Source: Octopus vulgaris
Lineage: Eukaryota
DNA length: 64,000 bases
NCBI GenBank assembly: GCA_951406725.2
Contig: OX597817.1
Coordinates: 140,058,001 to 140,122,000, forward strand
Direction of reading: 5' to 3'
Shown here: positions 49,800 through 63,127 of the stretch, piece by piece
How the letters are laid out: each line of letters opens with the position of its first letter
Numbering within the stretch: the first letter of the stretch is position 1
Made by a program: the position numbers and the translations under genes
The notes under the pieces: generated by a model
The model's input: only the letters and a program-made list of their open reading frames with translations
What the model was told of the DNA's origin: nothing
The model's database searches: none

Positions 49800-50470
49800 A
49801 CCATTATTTCCACCTGCTGTAGTTCCTTGCACCTTGTTATTAATTTACGTGTTATCCGGTCTATCTCATGTAATTCATGCTTCTTCCAAGATACTATTCC
49901 TGTCCCATATCTCATCAAAGCAACAGCCCACGTGTTAATTGCTCTAATCTTATAGCGGCCATTTAGCTTCGATTGGAGTACAAGCCAAGTTCTCCTCAAA
50001 TACTCTTTCCTCTACATTTCTTTCATCTCCTGTTTATTCCTCTTATACATTCAATGATACCCAGGTACTTATATCCTTCCTCTCCGACTTCCTTTATAGT
50101 TTTACCACTTTCCAGCTTGATCCCATGGCTTTAACTGATTTTCCTCCTTTTGAGAATCATTACAGCACATTTCTCGATCCCAAATTCCATGCCAAATATC
50201 TTTGCTAATCATCTGCACACTTGCCGTCAAACTCTCAGTTTCTTTCTCAGTCTTAACGAATAGCTTTAGGTCATCCATAAACCACATTGTTTACTTTCAC
50301 CCTACCCAGCATGTGCCCCACACGCATCTTTCTTATAACGTTCATTAGTGGCAGTATGCAGACAACAAAATGGAGAGGCGAGAGACTGTCCCCTTGAAAG
50401 ATTCCTCTTTTGATATTTACCTCTCCCAGCTTATGTTGTGGGTTCAGTTCACCACATTGTCATTAAGTTT
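49800..50470 (-). pseudogene. Decayed R4/Dong RT fragment abutting the 3' (TAA)n of the intact copy
   Basis: FQGDSLSP, FMDDLKLF, YKYLG, LNGRYKIRAINTWAV.LMRY. Confidence 0.8.
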
Positions 50471-50479
50471 TCTAGTAAC

Positions 50480-53400
50480 TATTATTATTATTATTATTAT
50501 TATTATTACTTTTTTTTTTTCTTCTTTCAAATTTTCTTCCATTTCTTGCCGAGTGTCTTCCCGACTCCTAGGGCAAAGAAACTCATAGTGTATATTGGTA
50601 GGCCATTAAACCAAACTCAGTAGTTCGTTAATTTTTTTAAATTTTTTTTTTTTTAAGTTAAATTAAAATACGAGCAGCAACAGTTCTCACATCAACAATG
50701 CTCTTCTCAATACGTGTGATGTACCAGTTAAGACGATTTTTTGCACTTCTTGCAGGGATGGTAAGCCAGGGATCATTCTCATATAATTTTCGGTTCCCTT
50801 CTTGATCATTCCTAGTGCTCCTACGATCACTGGTATTGTAACCGCCTTGAGATGCCACATTTTCTCAATTTCAATGAGTAGGTCTTTATATTTTCTGAGC
50901 TTGTCAAACTCTTTCGCTGATATATTATGATCACAGGGGATGCTCATGTCGATCAATAAGCAAACTTTATTGTTTTGGTCTTTCACAACAATATCTGGTT
51001 TATTGGCCTTGATGGTTCGGTCTGTATGTACTGGAAAGTCCCACAGAATGGTTACATTTTCTCCTTCAGTTACAGCCTCAGGGTGGTGATTATACCACTT
51101 GTCGGCAGTTTTGATATTGTAATGCCGACTTATTAGCCAGTGGAGATATTGGCCAACTCTGTCATGTCTTAATTTATACTCCACTGGTGCTAAGACTTTA
51201 CATCCAGAGATTAGGTGGTCCACTGTTTCAATCATGTCGTTGCAGAATCGGCATTTTGGGTCTGCTCCATTTTTCATCACATTGGCCTGGTAGTTCCGGG
51301 TTAATAGGCTTTGGTCTTGAGCAGCCAGGATGAAACCTTCGCTCTCTGCTTTTAGCCCTGAGCTCCGCAGCCACTGATGGGTTTGCTTCTGGTCAACATC
51401 AGCTTGTTTGCTGCGGGTCACATATTTGCCGTACAGAGGTTTCTCCTCCCACCTATCAGCCAATTGCTCGTGCGCTTTTTTCATTGCCATCATTTTCACC
51501 TTCTTTGCAACAATAGTTGCCGTACTTCCCTCGGGTTGTTCAGTTTGGGTATCCTGCACGAGATCAATAGCAATTTTTTTGCTTTCCTTGATGATAGAAT
51601 GAAGCTTCTTTCGTCTCTCGTGATTTTCCACGAGCTTTAGCATCCAGTCATTCGATATTTCGAGATATTTGGCCAGTCCAATTGTGGTTGTTTTGTAAGC
51701 TAGTTCAAATTGGATCAGGCCTCGACCTCCTTGGGCTCTGGGAAGGTAAAGGCGATCTACGTCTGCCTTTGGGTGGTGCATCCTATTACAACTCAGCAGC
51801 TTGCGTATTTTTCTATCTATATTCTTTACTTCACTCATATTCCAGTTCAACACATTGTAACTATAAGTAACAACTGGAACTGCTAAGGAATTTATAGCTA
51901 ACACCTTGTTACGTGCATTTAGTTCAGATTTCAGGACTGCACGAACTCTCCTATAACATTCCTTCCTGATTTTCTCTTTCATGCTTGCATGCTGAATACC
52001 AGAGCCTTCATTTATCCCTAAATATTTGTATGTCTGTTCTTGCTCAAGCTCTCTTATGACTGTGTCAACATCTAACACGACTGAATTTGTGGTCTTCACT
52101 TTCCCTTTCTGGAAAGTGGCCTTGGCACACTTCTCAAGTCCAAACTCCATCCCGATGTCATCGCTGAATGCTTTCACGGTGCGCAATAGGCCTTCAAGTT
52201 CATTATTGTCTTTACCATAAAGTTTTAAGTCATCCATATAAAATAAATGGCTTATTTTTTTATTGGCAATTTTATACCCATACCCTGTTCTGTTTAATTC
52301 ACTTGTAAGGGGTATTAGGGCTATGCAGAATATTAAAGGTGAAAGTGAGTCACCTTGAAAAATTCCACAGTTGATGTTTATATTTTCTGAGGCAAGTACT
52401 CCATTAGAGTGGTGTAATTTGAGATTCGTATTCCACAACGACATATTGTGCTTCAGGAAGTTTGAAATCACAGGGGAAATTTTAAAGATGTCCAGCGATC
52501 TCAAGATCCATGGATGCGGTATACTGTCGAAGGCCTTTTTATAGTCAATCCATGCGGTGCTGAGATTTCTGCGCTTGTTGTGACAGTTCTCAAGGATCAT
52601 ACGATTGATTAGCAGTTGATCTTTGCATCCGTAAGAGCCTCGGCGGCACCCTTTTTGTTCAATTGGGAAAATATCGTTCTTCTCCATGAATGCATATGTT
52701 TTCTCCGCCAGGATAGATGTTAGGATTTTATACGTGGTGGATAGACAGGTTATAGGCCGATAGTTTTTTGGAAGGTTGGTTTCGTTATTCTTTGGGAGTA
52801 GGTAAGTAATGCCACTTGCTAACCATTCAGGTGTTTTCTTTGGGTCTCTCAAAATTCCATTGAGCAGCTGAACTAGCTTACCGTGTGCGCACGGGAGCGA
52901 TGCGAGCCAGAAATTCGGCACCCTATCTTTACCGGGGATTTCCAATTATGGGCCTTCGTGAGTGCCTTTCTTAGGTCTGCTATTGTGATGTCTTCCCATG
53001 CTTGTTGTTGTAAATTTTGGTAGGATCCTTCAGTTTGTATAATCCAGTCTGCATTTATGTTGTACGTCTTCTTGTCACTCCAAATCCTTTCCCAAAAGTT
53101 TTGAACTTCTTCCATGGGAGGGGGTCTTTAACGGTTACTTTCTCCTTCCCTATTTCTCTGTAGAATTTTTTGGCATTGGATGTGAACAGCTTATTTTGCT
53201 TGTAAAACTTGTTTCTCTTCTCAAATCTTCGTATTCTTTGGGCTTTTGCTTGGACTTTTTGTTTCAGCGTTTCTTTTATTGATATCAGTTCTTCTCTTGG
53301 TGAGGATCCAAATTTTCTCTTCATCTTTCTTCCTGTTCTGGATCTTACATCATTTCCACATATTAGTTCATTTAATATTGATATTTCCCCTCTCATAAAT

Positions 53401-54484
53401 TCAATCTCTTTTTCAATTTTACTTCTCCAGGTTTGATTTCTTCCCAGGTTTTGTTTTCTTTGTTTTTTCGGGGGCATACAGCTGGTTTCAATTGCCCTAG
53501 CAGAAGCGTAAATAATTTCATTTAACTCAGTAAAATCAGGTTTTAATTCTCGTATTATTTCATTTGTTACATAGTTGCCAATTTGGATTTGTTTTTTATT
53601 TTGGTTTGTATTTGAGAGTTTATGAAGCGGTTCTCTATCATTCATACTTGTATGTCTTACAACTTCAAGCGTATTCAGGATTTTCTGCCTCATTTCTGCC
53701 ATAGACTCTCTGTGTTCTTCAGCAAATGCGAGATCTTCAGTTACTGTTGTTTTTTCGTTTTCCTGGCTATCTTTAACAGGTACAATAGAATTTCTTGTAT
53801 CTTCAGGCCTTTGCGTACTTTGGTCAGATGGCAGTCTTTCAATTAAGCCTCGTGGCGGGCTATACTGTTCATCTGATTCTTCATTTCCTTTGTGTCTTAT
53901 ATTTATGTCATTTTCCGTTGCGTGCTTGATCGCACTTATTTCACTGTCTGTGAGCCTGTTATTTCTAAAGATATCCCTCCTCACATTTGCTAATTTGTTC
54001 TCGTCCAAATAGGGCCTACTGTCTTGATTCCGTGTTCTCCATATACTGTAAGAGTTTGCGGTGTGTCTCTCTTGAGATGGCCTACCTAATGCATAGTAAT
54101 AAGCGTATATTACTTCTTTATACTCTTCTCGGGTCCATTTGTTCCGCTTACATTTTTCTTTCTGTGGTGGTTGTGGTGGTGAACTTGGAGGGCTCGAGTT
54201 GGGGGATTTCCCGTTCAAGTGACCATCCATGTCCGTATTCGGAGAAGAGTTTGTGCCAGTTGATGACTTTTCGATCCCAGGCTGGCTCTTCCCTGGGGGA
54301 CGCGCTTCCAGATTAACCATAGGACAAGCGATTTGGTATACTGATTTAGTTTTCCTTTTAGTTTCCAAAAACATTTTGGTGCTACGATAATGTTATCATT
54401 TTTTAGCTTTGATTGGCTCGTGGGGAGACGGCCATCATTGCCGTTACAATTATAATCGTACCATTATAGCAGCCGTAGTCGGCT
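50480..54484 (-). mobile_element. Apparently full-length R4/Dong-clade non-LTR retrotransposon
   Basis: Single long ORF with two frameshifts, 3' UTR, A-run and (TAA)n tail; TAA-like repeats also at the inferred 5' flank. Confidence 0.9.
50687..54374 (-). CDS. R4/Dong polyprotein: RT + CCHC knuckle + restriction-like endonuclease (frameshifts at ~53122 and ~52935)
   Basis: NYRPITCL, EQKG, DYKKAFDS, GIFQGDSLSP, YMDD, YKYLG, CRFC..HLISGC, RHD, KPDIVV..ID..K..KY; three ORFs join if one base is added in each of two G/C homopolymers. Confidence 0.93.
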
Positions 54485-54915
54485 TATTATTGTTATTATC
54501 TTCACCATTACCATCACTATCATCATTATCACCACCACTACCATCATCATTATCATCATCACCATCACCATCACCACCATCATCATCAATGATATTGTTT
54601 TATGTGTAGTCACAGCAGTATCTTATTATTGTTATTTTTGTTTTTTTATCATTATCACCATCACAGTAGTGTCTGTCTGTCTCGTTGGCTGGCTTGGTGG
54701 TTGGCTGGCTGACTGTCTTCAATGCCAGAGTTCTTGCCTGTCAAATAATACTTTCATATTTGGTTAACAATAGAGCCGAGGTGAGGTTTGTGTGTGTGTG
54801 TAGATAGATAGATAGAATATCAGCACTATTACTATCTTTTTTTTTTTTTTTTTTTTTGGGTGGGGTCAAAAAAAGTTCAGATTTTTACTACTATTAGCCT
54901 TAAGAAAAATTAAGG

Positions 54916-55559
54916 AAGGGTTGTTCTGTATTGTTTGTGAATAGAGAAGTTGTGTTCGACCAGAGAGAATCTTAGCATCATCATTTTTTTTCCATGTGCG
55001 TTTGTGTTATTGCAATAAAAAGTGTTTGTATATTTCGTGTAAGGTAATATTGTGGAGGTTGAAGTTGACTTTTCTAGAGATGTTTGTATGTCCAGTTAGA
55101 AGAACAGGTGTGTTTTTGCAATAAAAAGTATATGTTTACATTTATATTTGAATATTCAGGGAGGAAGCAAAGAAAAGTCAGATTTTCATAGAAAGTTTTA
55201 CGGTTTTGAAAGTCCACAAAAAGAAAAGCGTGATGTTTTTAGAGAGAAGAAAAAAAAAGGATGTTTACAGAGGCAATTGTGGGTATCAAAGTTTTTAAAG
55301 CTGGTCGAATGTATGATTGAAAACTGTAGATATGTAAATTTGTAAACTTTCTTAACTTATTTTGAAGGGCTGTTCTGTATTATTTGTGAATAGAGAAGCT
55401 GTGTTCGACCAGAGAGAATCTTAGCATCATTATTTTTTCCATGTGCGTTTGTGTTATTGCAATAAAAAGTGTTTGTATATTTCGTGCAAGGTAATATTGT
55501 GGAGGTTGAAGTTGACCCCTCTAGAGATGTTTGTATGTCCAGTTAGAAGAACAGGTGTG
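54916..55559. repeat. ~195-bp direct repeat pair (54916-55111, 55364-55559)
   Basis: Direct alignment by eye. Confidence 0.85.
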
Positions 55560-55560
55560 A

Positions 55561-55561
<1 letters not shown>

Positions 55562-55633
<72 letters not shown>

Positions 55634-56172
55634 CATCATTTATTGTCTTTGCACAGCTTCTAACAATGTCAGCTGTTTCCTACCAGTGAACTAAGGTTAC
55701 ACTCCTTATTTTTTGAGCACCTTCCGGAGTATTCGAGCGGTCCCAAGCAGTGCTGTTTTCTGCAAGTGCTCCACCCTTGTTGCAGCCCTTATTTGTTCCA
55801 TGCACTTCTCAAAACTTTTTACTCACCGTACCCAGGGCACCGAGAATTATTGGTACTACTACCACCTTTTATAGCGACCACAACTGCTAAACTTCCCAAG
55901 CTAACCTGTCATATCAATCGAATTTTCTTTCTTCCTTATTGCATGCCTTGTTGTCTGCTGGGCATGCTATATCTATGATCCAGCATAGTTTGATTTCTTT
56001 CTCAATTAAGACTATATCTAGTTTCCTATTCTCTATCTCATGGTCACACTGAATCAAAATCCCATAGGATCTTTGCATTATCATTTTCGATGATGCCTTC
56101 GAATTTATGTTCGTACCACTTTTTTGCTCTGTCAAGTCCATACTCGTTGCAAAGTGTCCAATGGACAATGGA
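55562..56172 (-). mobile_element. R4/Dong 3' fragment with (TAA)n tail
   Basis: Reverse-complement homology to 26120-26580; WIIDIACPADNK. Confidence 0.85.
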
Positions 56173-56514
56173 CATATATACACACATTTGAGTATGCGTG
56201 TGTTTGTATAGGGACATGAATGTATTAATTTCTGTATGTTTGTGTGTTAGTGTGTGTGTGGATGTAGACTTACCGAAATATAAATAAATATATTCACACG
56301 TAAAGCGTTAAAAAGACAAGAGACAGTTATTTTTTAATGGATGAAATGACGTACTTGTTTGAAATTTTCGTGAGATAGCGAGTTCGCATTTTGGAGAAGG
56401 GGGTTGCTTTTGTTTTTCCACGATATTATTCAAAATTGCAAAAACAAAGGAATACACCATTTTATATTATTCTGATATTGTTCAATACTGAGAGGACATA
56501 TTTTTTATATTTCC

Positions 56515-56920
56515 TTCGTTTACTTGCTTCAGTTATTTGACGGGTCATGCTGAAGCACCGCCTTTTAGTCGAAGAAATCGACCCCTGGACTTGTTCTTTG
56601 TAAGCCTAGTACTTATTATATCGGTCCCTTCTGCCGAACCTCTAAGTTACGGGGACGTAAACACACCAATATCAGTTGCCAAGCGATAGTGGTGGTGATG
56701 GGGATACAAACATAGGCACAAACACACACACATAAGTATATGCATATATATACGACGGGCTTCTTTCAGTTTCCGTCTACCAAATCCGCTTGCAAGGCTT
56801 TGGTCGGCTCGAGGCTACAGTAGAAGGCACTTGCTCAAAGTGCAACGTAGTGAAACTGAACCTGAACCTGAAACCATGTGGCTGGGAAGAAGGCTTCTTA
56901 CCACACAGCCACACCGGCGC
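56515..56920 (-). mobile_element. SINE family C
   Basis: Reverse-complement homology to 30955-31378. Confidence 0.82.
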
Positions 56921-57445
56921 CTTTTACTCATTATTGCAACAGAACCTGAACTTATTCATACTACTTCTCATTGAGAGAAAACTTGTACTCACTTTTAACA
57001 TGGTACTCAACACTGAGAGAGAGGGAAAGAGTACCCAGTGTTATAACACTAATACGCTGCTCAACATTTGAATCCATCAGACGGGCGACAACTTCACAAA
57101 TGGCTAATTATAACAACAGTCTATTGCTTATTCATTTACTGCTCTCCCAGCCAATCATTTTCGTCATCAGCATAACCATCACTACGACACCCCTCCTCCT
57201 CCTCCTCATCATCATCATCATCATCACCATAAACCTAACCATCATCATCATTATTACCATCATTTCATCCTTCTCCGCTTCTTCCTATTACTCCCCCTCC
57301 TCCTCCTCTTCCTCCTCTCATTCTCCTCCTCCTCTTTCATATCTTTTTTCCAAAACAGCAACAAAAAAAATAATACTGATAGCAAACGAAGTACAATATT
57401 TCATTTTTATAGTTAATCGTGTTTATATTATTGTTTGAAATATTG

Positions 57446-57482
<37 letters not shown>

Positions 57483-57528
57483 CCACCACCATCACCATCA
57501 CCTTCATCATCATCATCATCATTATCAT

Positions 57529-57579
<51 letters not shown>

Positions 57580-57659
57580 CATCATCATCATCATCATCAT
57601 TATAATAATAATAATAATAATAATGATAATTTTAATAATTAAAAAATAATAATAACATC

Positions 57660-57715
<56 letters not shown>

Positions 57716-57791
57716 CGACGGCGACTATGATTATAATGATGGTGGCGATGGAGGTGATGACGACGACGATGATGATGATAAAGATGATGAA

Positions 57792-57825
<34 letters not shown>

Positions 57826-58449
57826 GTGATGATTTATTTTATTAAATATAGTTTTCATTAAAATTTTATTTTATTGTATCCTTGTTTTTTTTTCGGTAAT
57901 AAATACAAAACTGAACATGAAAATCGTGTTTGCAGTCATCAAAAATAATGGCAGAGACTGGAATGACAGTGAGACGTGAGAAAAAACAGAAGCAACAATA
58001 GAAACGGTGAAAAGTATAAGATCTAACCTAAAGATGGGTCTATAGAATGTCATGAGCGGATGATAGACAGAAAACCCCTTCGTGACCGGGGCTTCAATAG
58101 CCCTACGTCGCCAGTACTTAAAAAGTTCTTTGTGGCGAATACCTCAGAAGACTCGTGTAGCCAGTACCTGAATTACTCAGTAGGGGTAGGAAAAGCACTT
58201 TAAAAGGCCAACACGACCGGTACCTAAAAAGGCATGCGAGGCCAGTATCTCAAAAGCTGACCAAGGAGGGGATAGCCCGTCGAATATACATGATGATGAT
58301 GATGACGACGACTATGATTATGATGATATTGTTGCTGATGGTGGTGGTGGTGGAGGTGATGACGACGACGACGACAACGACGACGATGATGATGATAAAG
58401 ATGATGATGAAGATGACGATGATGATGATGGTGTTGATTTATTTTGTCA

Positions 58450-58727
58450 GAATATTTGTATACGAGATCATTTGTGGCAAATGTAGCGCATCCTACATAG
58501 GAAGCACAACAAGAAAACTGCAAATACGCATTAAGGAACACATTCAGGCAGACACTTCCGTGAAGAAACATCTACGGAAATGCCAGACCCGGGAATCCAC
58601 AGTGCACATCAAGACAACACAGCGGAACAGGAGCGACTTTAGAATCTCTGAGGCCATCCTCATACACCAAGGGAAACCAAATACCAACAACATAAGAGAG
58701 TTACAAGAAGCTAGCTGGTTGCTATAG
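58450..58727 (+). pseudogene. Penelope-like GIY-YIG endonuclease 3' fragment
   Basis: VYEIICGKCSASYIGSTTRKLQIRIKEH..H..C..SEAILI..KPNTN. Confidence 0.85.
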
Positions 58728-58780
58728 CAGCACCTTTCTGCGCATGTCCACTTCACACACGCACATCGGCAACATTCGTT

Positions 58781-58821
58781 CATTTCTTGAAAATGTGGTC
58801 ATAACCCCGAAATATTGAATG
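58781..58821 (+). ncRNA. Minimal hammerhead-like motif (U3-A8) in a Penelope-like pseudo-LTR
   Basis: CATTTC-TTGAAAA-T-GTGGT(CATA)ACCCC-GAAATAT-T-GAATG, 54 nt after the GIY-YIG stop. Confidence 0.55.
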
Positions 58822-58914
58822 CAAGGTAAGTGTACATTAATTCATATATTTATTCTTTTGTGATTTGCCTTGCATTTACTTCGCATTGTTCTGGCTTTAC
58901 CCCCGATCCTTTAT

Positions 58915-58985
<71 letters not shown>

Positions 58986-59529
58986 GGTATAATTATAAAC
59001 AGGGCAAATCTCAGGTATTTCTCCTCAGACTGAAAAAACGATGAACGACCTTAATCGATTTTCGAACCTTATTCGATTCTCATGAGAGGCGTCAACATCA
59101 TTTTGACAGTCTCCAGAGAAGCCTAAAAACCCCTCCCCACTGATAGATCTAAATAACAAAGTGAACCCAATGATAAAATCTACCGACGGAGAATGAACAT
59201 ACTACTATCATGTTCTTAAGAATGAAATTAACCCCTCTGTCTATATATCTACCCTCTTTGTAATGTTGGCAAATGAAATAGGGATAAGAATGTGTATTGT
59301 CCGTTTAATTGGTAAATTCTATATGTGGCTGAAGATTGCTCGACATTTTAAAACTGATGTAATACTTACAGTGTTTAATAAAATGAAGTAGCATGAAACA
59401 ATTGTACTACTCTGCCTTGGATATCCTTGTTGCTTATTTTGATTATAATCACCCAATTTGGTTTATAGGGATAATACCATACAAAATTCTGGTGCCTTTA
59501 ACTTACGTACCATATTCCTCTGAATCTAA

Positions 59530-59584
<55 letters not shown>

Positions 59585-59639
59585 ATAAACATATAAATTA
59601 ATATAAATGGGTGTGTATGTGTATCTATGTGTATGTGCC

Positions 59640-59840
59640 TTTGTGTCTGTGTTTATCCCACCACCACCTGATAACCTCTGTTGGTGTGTTTACATCTCCG
59701 TAACCTAGCGGTTCGGCAAAAAACCGATAGAATAAGTAGCACACTTTAAGAAGTCCTGACGTCGATTTATTTGACTAAAACCTTCGAAGACGGTGCTCCA
59801 GCATGACCGCAGTCAAATGACAGAAGCAAGTAAAAGATAT
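59640..59840 (+). mobile_element. SINE family C, 3' half
   Basis: Homology to 31170-31370. Confidence 0.8.
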
Positions 59841-60080
59841 AAGGCAAAAGATAATATTATATGGACAATAGGAATTAATTGTGCGATCTGGATTATACTG
59901 ATGCGAAGGCGTTAATCCTGCGGCACAGGAGACTTCCAAAAGTATGCGAAGAAGCAGACGTGGGAACTTCTTCAAAGTAAGTGAAAAATAAATGGAGGAA
60001 TGGAAGAACCAAGGAATTACGCTGTGACCAGTTTCTCGGGTTTAGCCGAGGAAGAAGACATCTGACATAAGAAAACGGTG

Positions 60081-60447
60081 GTGGAGGCGCAATGGCCCAG
60101 TGGTTAGGGCAGCAGACTCGCGGTCGGAGGATCACGGTTTCGATTCCCAGACCGGGCGTTGTGTGTGTTTATTGAGCGAAAACACCTAAAGCTCCACGAG
60201 GCTCCGGCAGGGGTAGTGGCGACCCCTGTTGTACTCTTTCGCCCCAACTTTCTCTCCCTCTTTCTTCCTGTTTCTTGTCCCCGACTTCCTACGCAACCGC
60301 TGAGCCTGGATGCGCATTTCATCCATCCGTCGATGCTCTCGGTGTCGGGGGTTGACCTGCTTTTTCTTCTGTGGGTCTTACGAATAGCAAAGGACTACGT
60401 TTTGGACTCCTCCCATCTTGCGAGCTCTGGGACGAAGACCGTTCGCT
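60081..60447 (+). mobile_element. tRNA-derived SINE, family A, tail type 3
   Basis: First ~190 bp match the reverse complement of 3640-3834; different 3' part; followed by CAA/CAG repeats. Confidence 0.85.
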
Positions 60448-60452
60448 CAACA

Positions 60453-60495
<43 letters not shown>

Positions 60496-60574
60496 TAACA
60501 GTAGTAGTAGCAGTAGTTGTAATGACAGTAGTAGTAGTAGTAGCAGTAGTAGTAGCAGTAGTAGCAGCAGCAGC

Positions 60575-60627
<53 letters not shown>

Positions 60628-61119
60628 CAGAAGCAGTAGTAGTAGTAGCAGCAGCAGCAGCAGCAGTAGAAGTAGTAGTAGTATTCGATTTTCAAATTGT
60701 GAATCAGATTTAAAACCGTTCAACAATTGCAATTGTTTCTTTTATCTTTTTGCGACTTTTATTTCTTCATTCATTCATTTAAGCACCCCACCCCTCCCCA
60801 ATTTCTTGTCACACCCTCCTCACACCTCTCCACTCACCTCTCCTCACCCTCACCCTCTGCTGTCCTTAATGAGGAAAAAGGAAAATGAGACCATCATATG
60901 AAACATCTTTGCGTATGTGTGTGTGTGTGTATAGCTGTAAATGTGTATGGGAATAATTGTAAATGTACGTGCGCATGTGTATGTATAGCTGTAAATGTGT
61001 ATGTGAGTAATTGTAAATGTATGTGTGTATGTGTATGTATGCGTAGTGGTAGATATGTTTGTGTGTGGGACGATGGAAACGCATTGCATGTAACGAAAGC
61101 AAGAGGTAGGAGGAATATT

Positions 61120-61138
61120 AATATTATTATTGTTATTA

Positions 61139-61209
<71 letters not shown>

Positions 61210-61398
61210 GTTATTATCATCATCATCATCATTATTATTATTATTATTATTATTGTTATTATTATTATTATTATTAATATTATTATTATTACTATTATTA
61301 TTATTATTATTATTCTATTATTATTATTATTATATTATTATTATTATTATATTATTATTATTATTATTATTATCATTATTATATTAGTATCATTATTA

Positions 61399-61458
<60 letters not shown>

Positions 61459-61480
61459 GATTAGTAGTAGTAGTAGTAGT
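61120..61480. repeat. (ATT)n compound microsatellite
   Basis: Direct reading. Confidence 0.95.
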
Positions 61481-61526
61481 AGAGATGATGGTGGTGGTCT
61501 AAACAGAAGTGAAATAAAAACACGAT

Positions 61527-61561
<35 letters not shown>

Positions 61562-61809
61562 ACGACAACAACAACAACAACAACCAGTCCTGAGATAGAA
61601 TGAAGTAATTTCCAATCGCAAATAATGAAGGAAAATTGAAACAAATATCACAGTTTAAAAGATTACATCTGGCAGACATTTTGGATGTCTTTGAATAACT
61701 CTTTATTGGTCTGTTTGCTTGTTGTTGTTGCTGATGTTGGTGACGTTTGTCGTTATTCTGGATCGTAATCTTGCTGTGATGTAAACAACAACAATGTCCA
61801 CCCCAATAT

Positions 61810-62195
61810 TTTACTGGTATTTATCGATCCCTAAGTGGGTGAAAGGCAAAGTCGACCTCGGCAGAATTTGAACTCAGGACGTAAAAACCCAGAAGAAATA
61901 CCTATTTCTTTACTACCCACAAGGGGCTAAACACAGAGAGGACAAACAAGGACAGGCAAACGGATGAAGTCGATTATATCGACCCCAGTGCGTAACTGGT
62001 ACTTAATTTATCGACCCCGAAAGGATGAAAGGCAAAGTCAACCTCGGCGGAATTTGAACTCAGAACGTAACGGCAGACGAACTACGGCTACGCATTTCGC
62101 CCGGCGTGCTAACGTTTCTGCCAGCCCGTCGCCTTCCCAGAAGAAATACCGCTAAGCATTTTGTTCGACACGCTATTGCGCCTGGCAGCTCGCGA
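61810..62195 (-). mobile_element. Young SINE family B copy (61903-62135) nested in an older family B copy, 15-bp TSD
   Basis: CCCAGAAGAAATACC at 61888-61902 and 62136-62150; old body to the left, old head to the right. Confidence 0.88.
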
Positions 62196-62493
62196 GACTG
62201 TGGAAGACCAGGACAGCAATTACTCGTGTGGAAATTGGTGCTCTTGGCACACAACACCTAAAATACTATCGGAGAGTAGAAAAGAGACGAATTATTCTGC
62301 ATTATACAAAAGAAAAACAACTACAAGGTATTTGGATCTGATAAAAATCCTAAAGCAGCGTCTATAATATGTAATAGGGACGCTTAAGATGCTAATAAAG
62401 ATGTTTCATTGGACACTGACGGACCCGGTATTTAAAATAAAAATTCTTTTTTATGTGGTGAGATGAAGGGGCTTACTATCTCTAAATGAATAA

Positions 62494-62536
<43 letters not shown>

Positions 62537-62986
62537 CAACAACAAGGGAACGCAACAACAAAGTAAAACTGATGTGTTGAACTCCGCTTTTGTGAATTGA
62601 GAAGAGAATATTGTTTGATAAGAAGAAGAGACACCGAGTGGAAGGCAAGTCGAAAACATGATGAAAGCAAATATCCATCTCCTCCCCCTGTCTCCCCTCA
62701 TTTCCCCTCCCTATCTCCTCCCCTTCTCCTCCTCCTCCTCCTCCTCCTCATCATCATCATCAGCATCATCATCAATGTCAGCAACAGCAAAAGCGGCAAA
62801 GACATTAACAGCAGCAGCATTTAACCACGACGGCATCAACAAGAGGAAGAAGATAATGAAATATTGCACGAGAAAGAAAATGGAGGCAAAATTGTCCGGA
62901 ACCTGCTATATACGTACATCCACCCATCCATACATACATACGTATATATATATATATGTATATATATATATGTATATATATGTATA

Positions 62987-63043
<57 letters not shown>

Positions 63044-63048
63044 GTATA

Positions 63049-63127
<79 letters not shown>

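Noticed and set aside
54380-54484. HDV-like ribozyme expected in an R4-clade 5' UTR
   Set aside because: Only simple hairpins seen; the nested double-pseudoknot topology could not be assembled
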